Source: Spirogloea muscicola
Taxonomy: Eukaryota
DNA length: 35,653 nucleotides
Assembly: GCA_009602725.1 (NCBI GenBank)
Contig: WELB01000009.1
Coordinates: forward strand, 697,911 to 733,563
Direction: 5' to 3'
The notes under the pieces were generated by a model, which ran no database searches, had not been told where the DNA came from, and saw only the letters and a list, made by a program, of their open reading frames with translations. A program made the translations under genes and the position numbers. Shown in pieces: positions 14,154-27,568 of this stretch; the first letter of the stretch is position 1; the number at the start of each line of letters is the position of its first letter.

Positions 14154-14320
14154 AAAGGAGTGTGTATCGATGATGGAAAGGCCGATGGATCAGAGTGCAG
14201 TCCATCAGCCCGACGTTTGTCGCGAGTCCGAGCTGCCGCCATTGCGGCGTCCGTCGCCGCCGCCGCCGCCGCCCCGCGCCAGCCGCCGCGCCGCGCACCT
14301 GTGCAAGCCGCGCCGTGGCC

Positions 14321-17300
14321 ATGGCTGCCGCAGCGGCGGCCTGCCTCGGGCGCTGCTCCGCGGCGGAGGCTGTGGCGACGATCGCCACGCTGCCGCCAGT
14401 GGCGTCACTGCTCGATGGCTCAATGGCGCGCGGCATTGCCACTGCCTGCCCAGCTGCGTCCGCAGGGTATAGCCCCATACGCTGATTGCATTGAATAACT
14501 TATTCTTCAGTAAAGTAGGCCAAGGTGGCGCCAGCCAGCTTGTATGTGTGACAAGCCACTGTCTGTCCACTCCTTCCACAGAAGATGGTGGTGTTGGCCA
14601 GACAGCACTTATTGTAAACATCGTGAAAGTATTAATCTGAACAACGTCTGCACAACACTGAGATCAGCCGCGCAAGGATTGGCAATAATCAATTCCATTC
14701 TGCAAGTCGCAGGTGGAAGATGTCTCTACAGGGGAGGTTATGGTACAACAAGAACCCTTCGAGAAGCAGGAAAACCCCGGGTGGTGTGCAGATGAGTCTG
14801 ACAAGCGAGACGCTAGTGAGCGACGATCTTTTCACTGACCTGAAAGTCAGCACAGCCTTCCTCTTTCCTGGCCAGGTAGGCCACATATGTGTTTAGAAAG
14901 GTGCACTACTTAATCTTCTGCCTGCATCTTCTGCCTGCGGCTCTGAAATATATATCATGGTAGCATGTCCAAGAAGCTATGACGATTGAGTCACTATGTT
15001 CTTGCCAAAGTCGATGTGATTGACGAGGTCGAGCTGTGGTGCAACGGCGAAAGAGGTCACAATGTGGAGTCAAGGCTACTTATGGCTACTCAATGTCTTC
15101 TTTGCTGACCATGTAGGGAGCTCAAGCAGTGGGCATGGGAGCAGATGCTGCGAAGGTTCCTGCAGCTGCTCAGCTCTTTGAGAAGGCCAATGAGATCTTG
15201 GGGTACAGATCCAGCTTCAGCTCTACTACTTGATTGCCTCTGGACAGGCTTGTGAGCTTCACACATCCTCCAAGAGATATGCATCAAACTTGATAATAGT
15301 CCATCATACGTTGACCAACTTCTGCTGCTGCGCATGATTCTGCAGGAGGCAGATGCAGAGACTGCTCTATAGCTTGATATGTTTGTTGTGACCTTGAAAT
15401 GTATGCAAGGTATGACTTACTGGATGTCTGCATAAATGGGCCCAAGGAGAAGCTGGATTCCACCGTTGTCAGCCAGGTGGACACACGAACAGTAACTCCT
15501 ATTTCACAGTGCTGCATGATGAGCAGCATGTGTGGTAAATACAGGAGCCGGATACATGGGTTGCTGCACGATTGACCAGATCACCGATGCCTAAGCTAGA
15601 AAGATTCCCCACACATTTAACCTGGATTGGTAAGGTTGTGCGCTTGTAGCTGTCAGGCGTCCCACTTTCACGCAATTGATCTTTTGATCTGTCACCTACA
15701 TGTGCAGCCTGCAATTTATGTGGCCAGCCTGGCTGCTGTTGAAGGTCTCCGAGTGCAAGATGGAGGACAGGCCATCATTGACTCAGTAGATGCCACTTGC
15801 GGCCTCAGTCTTGGAGAGTACACTGCACTGGCCTTTGCAGGCGCGATGAGGTCAAATACGCCTTTGCTCTGAAGATGCAGTGACAGGTTTTGAAGAGCCC
15901 TTTTTTGCTTAATCTATGCCATCCAGACATTTAGAAAATATCTCATGAGATTCCAAATAGCTTGTGACAATTGGTTATCTGTGCTATTTGGGGGGGGATG
16001 CAGTCTTACGCATCACCATGTGTGCTTTTCAGCTTCGAAGATGGACTGAAGCTAGTGAAGCTTAGGGGAGAGGCAATGCAGGTAGCTCATGCAGCCCTTG
16101 GAGCATCATGTTGCCTTTCTCGATTCAACTTCTTAATAGTAGTGAGAGTTAGGTCCCAGGTGTACACTAAGCTGTTGTGTTCCCTCTGACCAGGCAGCTG
16201 CGGATGCGTCTCCCAGTGGGATGGCCAGTATTATTGGCCTGGACTCTGCCAAAGTACAAGAGCTCTGCGATGCTGCCAACAAGGATGTCAGTGAGGAGGA
16301 GCAAGTTGAGATTGCAAACTTCCTGTGCCCGGTATGTATTACTTCTAAATTGGTTATTGACACTTGCGGGTTTGTCTCATGAGCTAACTTGGCAGTCACG
16401 TGCAACACTATGCTTGCTCTCTTATCTTAGTACCTCATCAGAGTCTGTAGTGCTACTTCAATTGCACACACAGTTGCAGATCATCTGACTCAATCTTTCG
16501 GCACATACTTTGTATCCATTGGTTCAGGGCAACTATGCCGTGTCTGGGGGGCTGAAGGGCATAGAAGCAGTGGAGGCAAGGGCTAAGAGCTTCAAGGCCC
16601 GCATGGCGGTGAGTTTAATCTTGTGCCATACTGGACCCTCTACAACACTTATGCCATGGCTACAATTCTGTCCCTCTTGGCGCAGCTCCATACAGAAGCT
16701 CTTCTTATGGACTTGCTCTGCCTGTCCTGGCCAACTTATACATTCTAAATGATGCAGGTGAGGTTGGCTGTGGCTGGGGCCTTCCACACAAGATTCATGT
16801 TGCCAGCCGTTGCCCAGTTGGAGGAGGGGCTCTTGCAGACGGAGTTTCAAACTCCAAGAATACCTGTTATCTCCAATGTGGATGCCAAGGCTCATTCTGA
16901 CCCCAATACAATCAGAAGAATTTTGGCCAAGCAGGTAATTTCCATCTTCCTCTGTAAAGACACCCCAATTCCCAGACGCTGAACCCCCTCCTTCTTTAGC
17001 ATCTACATCTGTGCTACGAGATAAGTAAGTGGTGGTCAGTAATTAGTGCGTATTCAGGGCCAGCAAGGGTGCTGATGCATGCACCTAAAGTGTTATCCGT
17101 GGACCATCGTTCATCCAAATGGAACAACCAAAATCTTCAGATCGCGGAAAAACATGCGCAATTTAAGTGAAACACGATGATGTAGAACAATTTGCATCAT
17201 ATGGCCCAGTAGCTGCTCTTGTTCCGTTTGACTCCACAATGCGAGACAATTTCTGGTGAAACTGCCCTCCACAACCGCAAACATCCCTCCTCCTGCGCTG

Positions 17301-17690
17301 ACACTATTAGCATATCCAAGAGAGTCCAGAAGTACTGTCGTAGGTGGAATTGGATTTGGGTTGTTTTGGCAAGGCAGATAAGTCGTAGGACTGATTTTCT
17401 TGGATGATCACGCTGCAGGTGACATCACCAGTCCAGTGGGAGACAACCTTGAAGCTGCTTCTAGGGAGAGGCTTGCAATCTAGTTATGAGCTAGGTCCTG
17501 GCAAGGTAATATTGATCTAATCCACGCATTGCCTATTTTCTGTTCAATCGTACTCACTAATGACACTTTTGCCCTTCAGCGCCTCACAGCGATCGCAGGT
17601 GGCCTGTTTGTCCTCCCATTACAGGTCATTGCTGGCATCATGAAGCGCATTGACAAGGCAGCTCCAGTGGTGAACAACATAAGTGTCTGA
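14321..17690 (+). CDS. fabD: Malonyl-CoA:ACP transacylase (plant organellar MCAT/FabD) with N-terminal transit-like peptide
   Basis: 11 exons: 14321-14466, 14713-14875, 15117-15202, 15410-15476, 15708-15850, 16033-16081, 16194-16331, 16528-16608, 16758-16934, 17419-17505, 17625-17690. Motifs AFLFPGQGAQAVGM, SQPAIY, active-site GLSLGEY, RGEAMQ, IANFLCPGN, VAGAFHT, QVTSPVQW, ELGPGKV. Exon 1 is the least certain. Confidence 0.95.
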
Positions 17691-18269
17691 CGGTCAAACA
17701 CAGTGAAAAAACTTATTAGCAAAGGAGGGCTGGAGCACAAATACTCTGCCAATGCATCCTTCTCTTCTACACATGCTCAATCCATGAAGGGGAGCTGATA
17801 CCATGTGCCGTCCAATACACTGGAGATCATTAGGAACACTGTTGGCTTCTGGTCTGAGAAAGCACGAGTAGACCTTTTGCTGAGCATTGTGGCACATGTA
17901 AGTCAGAGTCCCTAAGCTGCTCTGGCATATCCTTAGCAGTCAGTAACTATCCCATGAAGGTTGGCTTCCTTTGTGGAATTGTGTCAAGATGGCCAAGTCA
18001 TTCATTGAGATCTCTGATAACCTCATGACTTGATGACCTTCTTGTGCTGAATCACCTGCTAGGCTGCACGGGGCTTGCCACACACTTGTTGATATTTGCA
18101 GCCAGTTTCATCCATTTGATCCATATCAAGTCATTCATCAGTCACGGTATAGTGTGCAGTTCTAGCTGATACTTAACCAATAAGCCTTGGCAAGTGTTGC
18201 TAGCGCCTGCAACCGTGCCAAGTCTGATAACCATTAGCTCCATCAACGATTTGTTATCAGAGAGCATCG

Positions 18270-20018
18270 TCAAATCCCTCCTCGGTGCATGCTTGACACA
18301 AAGGTAGCACGTATAGTTGTCAAAGCCTCATGATGCTGCAGAACAGCGGATGTGGCAGCAGCGTGTTCCTGCAGACTCGACTGCAGAAAGAGAACATAAA
18401 TGGTTAGCTTGTAACTTCTTACTGCATCTGTTACGGTCATTGAAGCACTTCACATAATCATAACAGCACATTTTCCTGCCAACAGCAGCCGCACTCCTGA
18501 CTGCAGTCTAAATACTGCCGCAGCTACTTTGGATGCATTGAGACACTTCTACCTGCCAACTTGAAGCAGGCGCATCAAATGCCAGCGCCCAGGCAACAGC
18601 CTCGTGAGCTGTCAACAGATTGCCGGCCTCTGCCGCCGCCCTTTTCACAAGTTGATAGAAGTCTTGCTGGTGATCATGCATCAAGTCCCACTTGCCAAGA
18701 GTAAGGTGTTGCAATTGATGCACAAACTCACAAGCTGGGAGCAGATTCGAGAAGCAGATACCATAGAGCATAACTTTCTCTCTTACAGCCCTCTGTTATA
18801 TGCAGTCTTCCACTAGGTAATGTGAGAGTAGACCATGATAGGGCAGGCTTTCACATGAAATTTGAAGTGAAGATAGACCATGACCACGGCTGTTAGATGC
18901 AGCTCTGATCGTGTCTTACTGCTTTCCCCTCTCTCTTATTACTCTCTCCCTTGGAAGAATCGAAGTCAAGGATGTGTCACCTGTTGGGCAATCTCCACAG
19001 GGATGCAGGGCTCCACCTTGGGCTGCTGGAGCTGCACCAGCAGCTTGTCCTGCAAAGTACGGCGGTGCGCGTCAGCGGCAGTGCAGGAAGAGCTCTAAGC
19101 GCAGAGCATTTAAGCGAGACTACCTCCTACAAACCGTTACCATCGGGCATTAATTTGATAGAAGGGCGCGAGGCCTAGGTTTGCGAAGCAGACCCCCAGT
19201 GTCAAGAACAAAGTGATTATCAGGATTCCGAGATAGACTTGCGCTTTAACAAGATTTGAGATTTGTGGATGCCCCGGAATTGCACCCGCTCAGTAGCCGA
19301 ACTGTGCCCCTTTGGTCTATAAACGGCAATTAGGACGCACCCAATGCAATGTCTGCGCCCCTGCATCACCCTCACCTTGTTGGCTGTCAGGCTGCGGAGG
19401 ACGTCAGTGACGGCTTGGAGCTGCCGCGCCTTGGCCTCGACGGCTTCCGGCCTCACCAGGTGGGCGAGCTCTCGCTCGTGCTGGACCACGCGCACTCGTG
19501 CCGCGGCTCAGAACGTTGGCGCCAGCAGGAGCGGCCAGTCCAGCCATGGCTGAGATGGGTTGCGAGCCCGCGCCATTGCCATGACCGGCGCGACATGCAT
19601 GACGGGCTGCACCTCGCGGTCATGCGCCTCGACGCTCAGCCGCGCGATGGCGCGCTGGGCGTCCGCCGTGGCCGCCAGCACGTCCAGGAGCTCGCGCGAG
19701 CTCGGCGGCGCGCCTCCTTGCGCTCCGGCAGCGCCATCCTCGTCCTGGGAAGGCCGCAGGCGAGGCTCCCATGGCCGATCAGCGTCGCGCGGCGGCCGTC
19801 ACGGCGCTCTGGCGCCACGGCCGCCGTCGTCAGCCCGCGACGGCGACGGCGACGCGAGCCATGGCCGCGCTCGTTCGCATGACCGCACATCCTCGAGCCG
19901 TCAGCTGGAGATGTCCCACCAGGACGGTGGTGTACCCGAGCGACGTCGCGAGCGCCAGCACCGCCGCCGCGCCGCCGCCGCCGCCCCCGCCGCCCGGAGC
20001 CAACGCGCGCGTCGGCNT
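18270..20018 (-). CDS. AUG2: Augmin/HAUS subunit 2 (~209 aa)
   Basis: Six phase-0 exons: 20018-19920, 19744-19613, 19480-19376, 19049-18981, 18666-18553, 18380-18270. The protein (LALATSLGY; ELLDVL...QRAIARLSVE; ELAHL...LTANK/DKLLVQLQQPKVEPCIPVEIAQQ/QDFYQLVKRAA...AWALAFDAPASSW) is collinear with plant AUG2 as recalled ([52 protein letters not shown]). The start codon reads ANG because of the n at 20017. Confidence 0.85.
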
Positions 20019-20361
20019 TTGCGAGGCCCCCCGGGTCTCAGCGGCAGCGCCAGACCCTCGAAGGTGCCCCCAGCGATACGCGTTTCGGAGACGGCGGCGG
20101 GGCCGTGGCGACGGGCCCGTTACTGGCCTCCAAAAATGTACTACTATTGCAGATTTGCAAGCACTGAAGCAAAATCTAACGAGTCGGCGATCTTTGCACA
20201 ACCAGGCCCCGGCGAGGCAAGCTGTCAGCGTCCCTGCGCCTCTGCCCGCGCCGCCCTGCGCCTCCGCCCGCTCCGCCGCCGCCGCCGCCGCCGCCGTCCT
20301 CGCCGCCGCCGCCGCCGCCGCTGCCGCCGCTGCCGCCACGCCGAGTACTTAGCGAGGCGCC
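20019..20361. promoter_or_regulatory. Probable bidirectional promoter / 5' UTRs between AUG2 and RPN10
   Basis: Divergent start codons are 343 bp apart. There is a short AT-richer core (~20130-20200) and a long (CCG)n tract at 20273-20337. Confidence 0.6.
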
Positions 20362-23300
20362 ATGGTCCTTGAGGTCAGTACCGAGGGACCGCCGTCTGTG
20401 CCGGCCTGCCCCGCCGCACGCCGCCATGGTCCATCTGCGCCCGTGGTGGCGCAGAGAGCAAGCGCAGACTCAGCGCGCTTCGAGGCTGCTGCGACCGCTC
20501 TGAGCATACGGATGGCGCTTCCGACGCCGACCTGCGTTGCTGGTGGCCGGCAGGCGACGCTGGTGTGCATCGACAACTCGGAGTGGATGCGCAACGGTGA
20601 CTACCCCCCGACGCGCTTCCAGGCGCAGGCCGACGCCGTCAACCTCATTTGCGGCGCCAAGACGCAGGTCGGACGGCGCTGCCTTTACTCAGACCCGAGC
20701 TTTTGCCCTAAATCGAAGCTGCGAGGTCCTTGTCGCTATCAATATGACATATCGGCGACACAGTGCCTGCTGATGACGTGCCGCTAAGTTACTTCCGTTA
20801 CCTATTGCTCGGTGCAGTCCAATCCGGAGAACACTGTCGGCATCCTGACGATGGCCGGCAAGGGCGTGCGTGTCCTGGTCACGCCCACCGGCGATCTCGG
20901 CAAGATCCTCTCCTCCATGCAGGGTGGGCAGCCTCAGCCTCTCCCTTTGCTTCGCCAAACCACTTGAAGGGTCAAAGATTCCGTCACTTCTGCAATCTGG
21001 ACAACTTTCTAGAGCGAAAGCTTGGGAGACTATGCTAGCTGTGGGGCTGCATATGCTCAGTTTGCCAGCATCGCAGCCATTGAAGGGTGTAGAACAATGT
21101 GTGGCGGGCAATCGAGTTGTCCATCTGATTCGGCTGCTGGCTGGTAGGGTTTTGGACTCTGAGCGTGCCTGAGATCAGGATGGCCGTTAAACATTGCAGG
21201 ACTTGATATTGGAGGGGACATGCATCTCACATCTGGAGTACAGGTCGCTCAGCTGGCGCTGAAGCACCGGCAGAACAAGAACCAGCGGCAGCGCATCGTA
21301 CTGTTTGCTGGAAGGTATCAACACACTTCATGGCACACAGGTCTTGTATTGCAGGATTGACAGGGTTTCAAATCTATCCAGTTTGATTGTCCAGCAGTGT
21401 ACCAGAAGGTAATACACGTCAGGCATTGCCTCTTGCAGCCCGATTATGTCGGCCAAGGAGGTGCTCGTGGCCATGGGCAAGAAGCTGAAGAAAAACAACG
21501 TGGCACTCGACATAGTCAGCTTTGGCGAGGAGGACAATGGCAAGGCGGAGAAGCTTGAGGCCCTCCTGGCAGCCGTGAACAGCAACGACAACAGCCACCT
21601 GGTGCACGTGCCTTCTGGCCCCAATGTCCTCTCTGACGTCCTAATCAGGTGCTACTTCCTCCACCACTTCTTTTGTCTATGTGGTGGTGGCCAGCAGAGG
21701 CGGAGTCGGCTGCTGCAAATCCTTGACATGCTAGCCCTTGAAAATTCGCAAATTGACCTAGTTTACAAGCGTAGGAATATGGAGCCCAGAAAATCGTAGT
21801 ACTCTATTGTGGACATGGAGGTTGGCTTACCTCAACGTAGTTCCATGCACGGGGTTGTAGGATGAGCTTGCGAAGTTGGGTCAGAGGTAACTTCTATCTG
21901 CAGTTCAGGCTGTGCTTGCCATGACAGTCACTCGCGATATTTGTCTTGCAGCTCTCCAATATTCACTGGCGATGGGGAAGGGGGCAGCGGTTTCGCAGCA
22001 GCAGCCGCAGCAGGCGCTGCGGCAGCTGCAGCTGCCGGTGGAGCAGGAGCCAGCGGGGCAGGCTATGACTTCGGCGTGGATCCGAACTTGGACCCCGAGC
22101 TTGCCTTGGCATTGCGCGTGTCTATGGAGGAGGAGAGGGCGAGGCAGGAGGCAGCAGCAAAGCGTGCCGCCGAGGAGGTTGCAGGAAATGGCTCAGCCAA
22201 GCCAAGTGCAGAGGAGCCGGTGGGGGACAGTGCTCAGGCGGCCTACTTGGACAACATCATCAAGGGAGCATGGAAGGCTGCCACGGACGAGCAGGTGGGA
22301 CAAGCTGAGAAGGAGCCGGCTGAGGTTGAGGCGCCAATGACTGAGGCCATGGCCCCTCCAGTTGGCGACGAGAATCTGGTGAGTCATCTATGTTTGTTGA
22401 GAAGTCAATGTACAAGCTTTGATTTGGGAGAGTCCTCTACTTAATGTTGGCCTGTGTCTTTGGAAAATGCTCATGAGCTAGATGTCCAGGTCTGCAATGT
22501 GAAGCAACCTGGTTGTGACTTTGAACAAGCCGGATGCAGTATCGTGACGTAAGTCTGTGGCAATCTCATTGTCAGGATGATCAAGCTGAGTTGCTGCGGC
22601 AGGCCCTTGCGATGTCCATGGCCAGCACGCCTGGCGCCTTGGACATTGCAATGCCTGATGCTGCCGGGGATGACACAGAGCTGTCATTAGGTTAGCTTGC
22701 CTTGGACACACTTTTGCTGTTCACAAGTAGGTTGTTTTAGCTTTTCAAAAGCGCAGCCAAGCTGCTATTTGCTGCCTTTTCTGCTGACCTCATACATAAT
22801 TTCTCTTTTCGCTCTGTCTTGGACAGCCCTTCAGATGTCCATGCAGCAAGACACTGGTGCAGCAACTTCAAGTGCAGACAGAGCTATCACTGATGTTCTT
22901 GGTGATGCTGACTTTGTGAACTCTATACTCTCATCAGTGAGTTGTTGATACACCGCAGCTCTCTTAGAGAATCTTGTCATGAATAAACTGGCGACTACTG
23001 GATATAACCATCTGCACCACTGTGTATGAGCTAGTGCATACAATGGAGCTGTCTATATATCGTAAGACGCTCGACAACAAGAAGGTGATCATATGGGCAT
23101 GGATTGTCTTGTGTGGCGCAGTTGCCAGGCGTGGATCCCAATGACCCTCAAGTACAGAATGTAATTGCTTCCTTGCAAAAGGTATGAGCTCGCTCCATCA
23201 TATGTTGACCACCTACCATGTTGGTAGGAGCGATCATATCGACTTGTGGTGACATTGGCAAGGCATTTGAGCGACCTTCTGTAAATGAGGGAGTTTTCTT

Positions 23301-23388
23301 TGAAAGTGCCATGTGTGGTCCTCCTACGCAGAGCAATAAGGGTTCACCGGAAGAGGACACAGAGAAGAAGGATGATGGCAAGTCATGA
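20362..23388 (+). CDS. RPN10: 26S proteasome ubiquitin receptor RPN10 (vWA + UIMs)
   Basis: 10 exons: 20362-20373, 20554-20667, 20818-20923, 21200-21314, 21439-21648, 21952-22378, 22576-22690, 22827-22936, 23122-23181, 23332-23388. Motifs [83 protein letters not shown]. Confidence 0.97.
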
Positions 23389-24296
23389 CCACGCTTGAAG
23401 ATAGCTGTTCAATGCTCATGACTGGGAGTTGGTGTACAGGCCGTAGCTTCATATGACAAACCACTCAAGCTTGCAGTTGGCTCCAGACATGATCACCTAC
23501 ATACTCTACCTGGATGCCATCTCATTGGCCTTGTGGGCCCGGACTTAAAGTCTGGCCTGCGATAGTTTCTTTACTTGGGTCAGTCTGATATCCAAAAGCT
23601 GCCTTGCAAGCTGAATCATAATGCAGAATTGACTATGCCCAACCAGAGCCTGTTTTTCTATGTTATACATCGAAGAAGACAATCTTGAATGCCACACGTC
23701 TTCAAGGCCCATCAGCAAGCAGCGTTGCTGCTTCTGCCTAGGAGGAATGAGCTTGAAACTGAAAGACCTCTCATGGGACTCTGCTGTCGAGTGCCAAGTT
23801 ATGTTGCTGTCTAAACCAAGAGCAGTGGGGCTCAGTGTGATGTCAAGAGGTTGGGACGGACAATACTATTACTGTCAGTATTCTGTTGATAGCTCTTGGA
23901 GGCAAACAGGAGGCCACTGAATGAGCGCAACTACATGGCATGACAGCTTTGGAGTCAATAGCACCGAAGCGGCTCTGTCAAGGGCCAGTGGCTGTGGTGG
24001 CCCCTCAAGAATGTGTGGCTTTCCCACAGATCTGCAGACATTTGGACCCCTCTTGAGGCCCTACAGTCTCATTCTCCACGTCCAACTATACTTGCCGAAA
24101 CCCCAACGGAACTTGGAGATGCTTGGGCAGGAGGCATGGCTGTCAAACGGCCAACATGAGGCGGATATTGTGACGTTGTCGCCTCCTATCAGACGGTAGG
24201 TTTGGAGGCGGCATCGAGGCCGTACTTCCCATCAAACGGAGATGTGAAAGTGGGGGTGCGAGCCGCTCGAGCCGTCGGCGCTTCCGTAACCGTCGG

Positions 24297-27200
24297 ATGG
24301 GGAAAAGGCCGTCCGGATCCGACGGCTGCGGCCGCCCGGGGCAGGCCACGTCACCGAGTGTGAAAAGGACCCCGGACGCCGCTCCAGCAGCCAGCCAGCA
24401 CCGCGGCGCGGGGCCCGCCGCGTTTGGCGGCGGCCGCCGCGGCGGGNGGCGCTGGCGGCGCGGCCTCCGCCCTAGTCAAGGAGTTTTCGACGCAGGAGTT
24501 TGGCGAGGAGGACGAGGGCGGCGGAGACGGCGCTGGGGAGGAGGCCTTCACCGGCGGCACCGGCGCTGACGTCGGCGGCGACGGCGCCGGCGGCGGCGGC
24601 AGCGCAGACGGCGGCTTCGGCGACGCATACTGCGGCGTCGCCGTAGCCCGCCTCCCTATGCAGCTGCCGACGCTGTGTGCCGAGGACGTCGAGATCAGCC
24701 AGCTGGCGATGGCAGCCCCGCTGTCAGCGCTGGCAGGCGGCCTGCCGGACGTTAGCAATTCCGACGTTGCCGCCTTTGGCACTGCCAATGGAACCACTGA
24801 CGGCGAGACGGTGCCGCTGGCGGAGGCTTTTGGCGGTGCGGTGAAGGCGGAGGAGAAGGGAAACGAGCGGAGGACCGATAGCCAAACAACGGCTGCAGTG
24901 GTGGAGGCGGCCTGCGTGGTGGTGGAATTGGATGAGCAGGACGTGGCGACGACGACGGCAGCGAGCGACGCTGGCGAAGGGCAGCGCGGGCGGCACGGCG
25001 GCGCCGGCAGCAGCCGTAGCGGCCGCCGGCAGCGGCTGCTGCCGCCGGAGCTCCAGCAGCAGCCGCCGCTGCTTCCGCCGGCGCTGCCGTACCTGGCTCC
25101 GCCGCTGCCGCCGCCGCCGCCGCCGATCCCTCCGCCAACGGCGCTGCGGCCGCCAATGCCGCCAATGTACATGTACCCCTTTTCGCCGCCCTACGGCTTC
25201 CCCACGCCGCTGCCGCCGCCCTTTGCGCCGGAGGTCGCTGCTGCCTCCCCGCCATCCGCCTCGACTTCGGCCATGACCAGGCTCAGTAGTAGCGGCTACT
25301 ACCACCAGCTCGTCAGCAGCCTCTGCGCCAGCTGCCGCGCGCACGCGCTGCGCCTAGGGCCGCCCTTGTCGTCCAAGCACCTTGCCAGCTCGAGCAACAT
25401 GAAGGGCTCGGCGGGAGGCTTCGAAGCGGAGGACCTCACCGAGGACCTCGTGCCCATCTTTGCGGACGAGGACATTGTGGACGTCCGCGGCGGCGCGGTG
25501 CAGCTTGGCGTCATGGTGCGGGGTCGGCGGCAAAGTGCGGAGCCAGCGGAGGCAGAGGCAGAGGCAGCGGAAGCGGAGGCAGGGTTGGATGCTCCGACAA
25601 TCGCTGAGGTAGCATCTGCGACTCCTGACGTTGCGGAGGCTGATGGCTTGTGCGACGGTGACGGCGCCAACGGCGAGGAGAGTGCTGCTACAGTAGGCCC
25701 CCTTGCCCCTCTCTTCAGACAGCATCCACCTTTGTCGCGCTGTGGCTGCCGGCCTTGCTGACAGGTCTTGTCAGGACAGTCTCAGCCGGCGCGCTTCTGT
25801 TAGTGGGGTTCTATTGAGTGTAAATCCTGTGCACTGACGATTATGTTGGCTGTGCTGTCTCTGTGGCCTCCACCAGAAGCAGGACCCGCTCTACGTTCGC
25901 TGGGAGGCCTTCGCTCGCCTTGGTCGCCACGCCGTTGATGCTGAGATCCACGCGCGCAGTGTGCGGCGCGGCCGGTCAGTCACAGCCCGGCCTCGGTTTG
26001 TCCACTGTTCATTGGTAGGCCGCTGGAGACGCTGCAGCATTGCGGTGGACCAAGTTGGCATCAGATCATGAGCGAAGTTTTGCACATGCAATGAGCTTAG
26101 GATTTCTCCCCCATCTTTTGTGCATATGGGCTAAGGCTGGATGAAGTTAACCATGTCAATTTGAGGCTTGCAGAGCATTCAAACGGCAGCTGGCGCAGCT
26201 CACGGCGCAGCTGAGCCAGCAGGCAGCAGAGCTCGTCGCAGCCCGTGCCGAGCTCGCCCGGCGCGACCGGCGGGCCGCCCATGCCATCCGCAAGCGCGAG
26301 CTGCAGCAGCGGCTGCGGTCTTTGGGGCGGCCCATCACTGCCGCCGATGCTGCGGAGCTGTCCCTGTCAGACTCGGACGACGGCGAGGAGGACGGAGTCG
26401 CATTTGCTGCTCCAACTGCTACCGCTGCCGCTGCAGCGGCAGTCGCTGGCTGGGGCCTTCCGGCCCCGATCCTTGCCAGTGGCTACCCAGCATGGGGTCA
26501 GGCGGCCGCCACCACACTAGCTGGGTATACCTACCCGTGGGCGCCACCATACAGAGCACCTTATTCGCCGTTGCCACTGCCTGCGCGGGGCCCGGGGAGA
26601 CCGCACGACGTCGCCGGACTGGCTGCCTACGCTCCTCCATCGGCGGTGGAGGCCAAGGGGCGGCGCGGCCGGCCCCCTGGCAGCATGTCCAAGGCCAGGG
26701 CGGCGCTTGCAGGCATGGCAGCGAGCATGCCAACCCCTTCTTTCAGCGAGAACTCCGGGGCTGTGCCTGCGACACCATCGACAGCTTTGTCTGCGCTGCA
26801 CAACAGCTCCGCCGCTGGTTCACCAACGTCACCAGCTGCACTCCTGCAGCCGCGACGGTCACGGTTGCTGCCCAGTGAGATCCCTGCCGACTTCTCCAAG
26901 CGCAAGCGCGGGCGTCCTTCCAAGGTGTCAGTTGCGGCGGCGGCGGCAGCTGCAACTTCGGCGGATGGGCAGCCAAAGCCCCGCTTCCGGGAGCCCAGCC
27001 CGGCTGAGAAGGCCGAGATGCAGCGGGACCGTGATCGAGTTGCACAGATGGTGAGCAGCGTAGGCAGGGCAAATGTTTCGAGCTGTGAACGTTGGCACTT
27101 GTCTTCCTGATTTGGTCTCTGCATTCTGACCTTGTGCTGTGCTCATCACCGCCGTACATGACGTCTTGGGTGCACCTGCATGCCATATCTGTGCAGAAGC

Positions 27201-27568
27201 GCCAGATGCACTCGAGCAATGGCATCCTTGTCTTTGAGTCCCAAGGCATCGGCAACTTCTTGCCCTCGACTGTGGCAGCGTCGGCTATGCAGCCTCCGCC
27301 ACAGAGCGGCGTAGAGAAGTCGTTTGGTGACGGTGACCAAAGGGCTTCCAAAGCTACCGCTGCATTGGACGAGATGGCTATGAATGCAAACCTTGCGGCT
27401 GCCGGCGACCACAGCGGCATGGATGAGGACCATGGCCGGCCTGAGGAGCACGCGGAGGAGTACGCAATGGAGGCACGGGACAATGGTGAGGATGCGTATG
27501 GCATGGAGCACGGTGGCGCTAGCAGCGAGGCATACAGGGATGTTGATATTGTCCTCAATCTCCTGTAA
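24297..27568 (+). CDS. Hypothetical low-complexity protein with a coiled coil and two AT-hook motifs
   Basis: Exons 24297-25692 (frame break at n 24447), 25877-25974, 26174-27050 and 27197-27568, joined by phase-consistent GT-AG introns. Contains a Pro-rich tract, heptad-like AFKRQLAQLTAQLSQQAAELVAARAELARR, and KGRRGRPPGS (26655-26684) and KRKRGRPSK (26898-26924). The start is tentative. Confidence 0.7.

Noticed and set aside
16935..17418. Longer MCAT intron 9 as a host for a snoRNA or coding relic
   Set aside because: No convincing C/D or H/ACA boxes with terminal stems, and no recognisable protein motif.
24351..27558. Long antisense and alternative-frame ORFs (e.g. 24351-25172, 26743-27558; also 19560-20372 and 29778-30386)
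   Set aside because: These are shadow ORFs of very GC-rich coding exons, with low-complexity translations.
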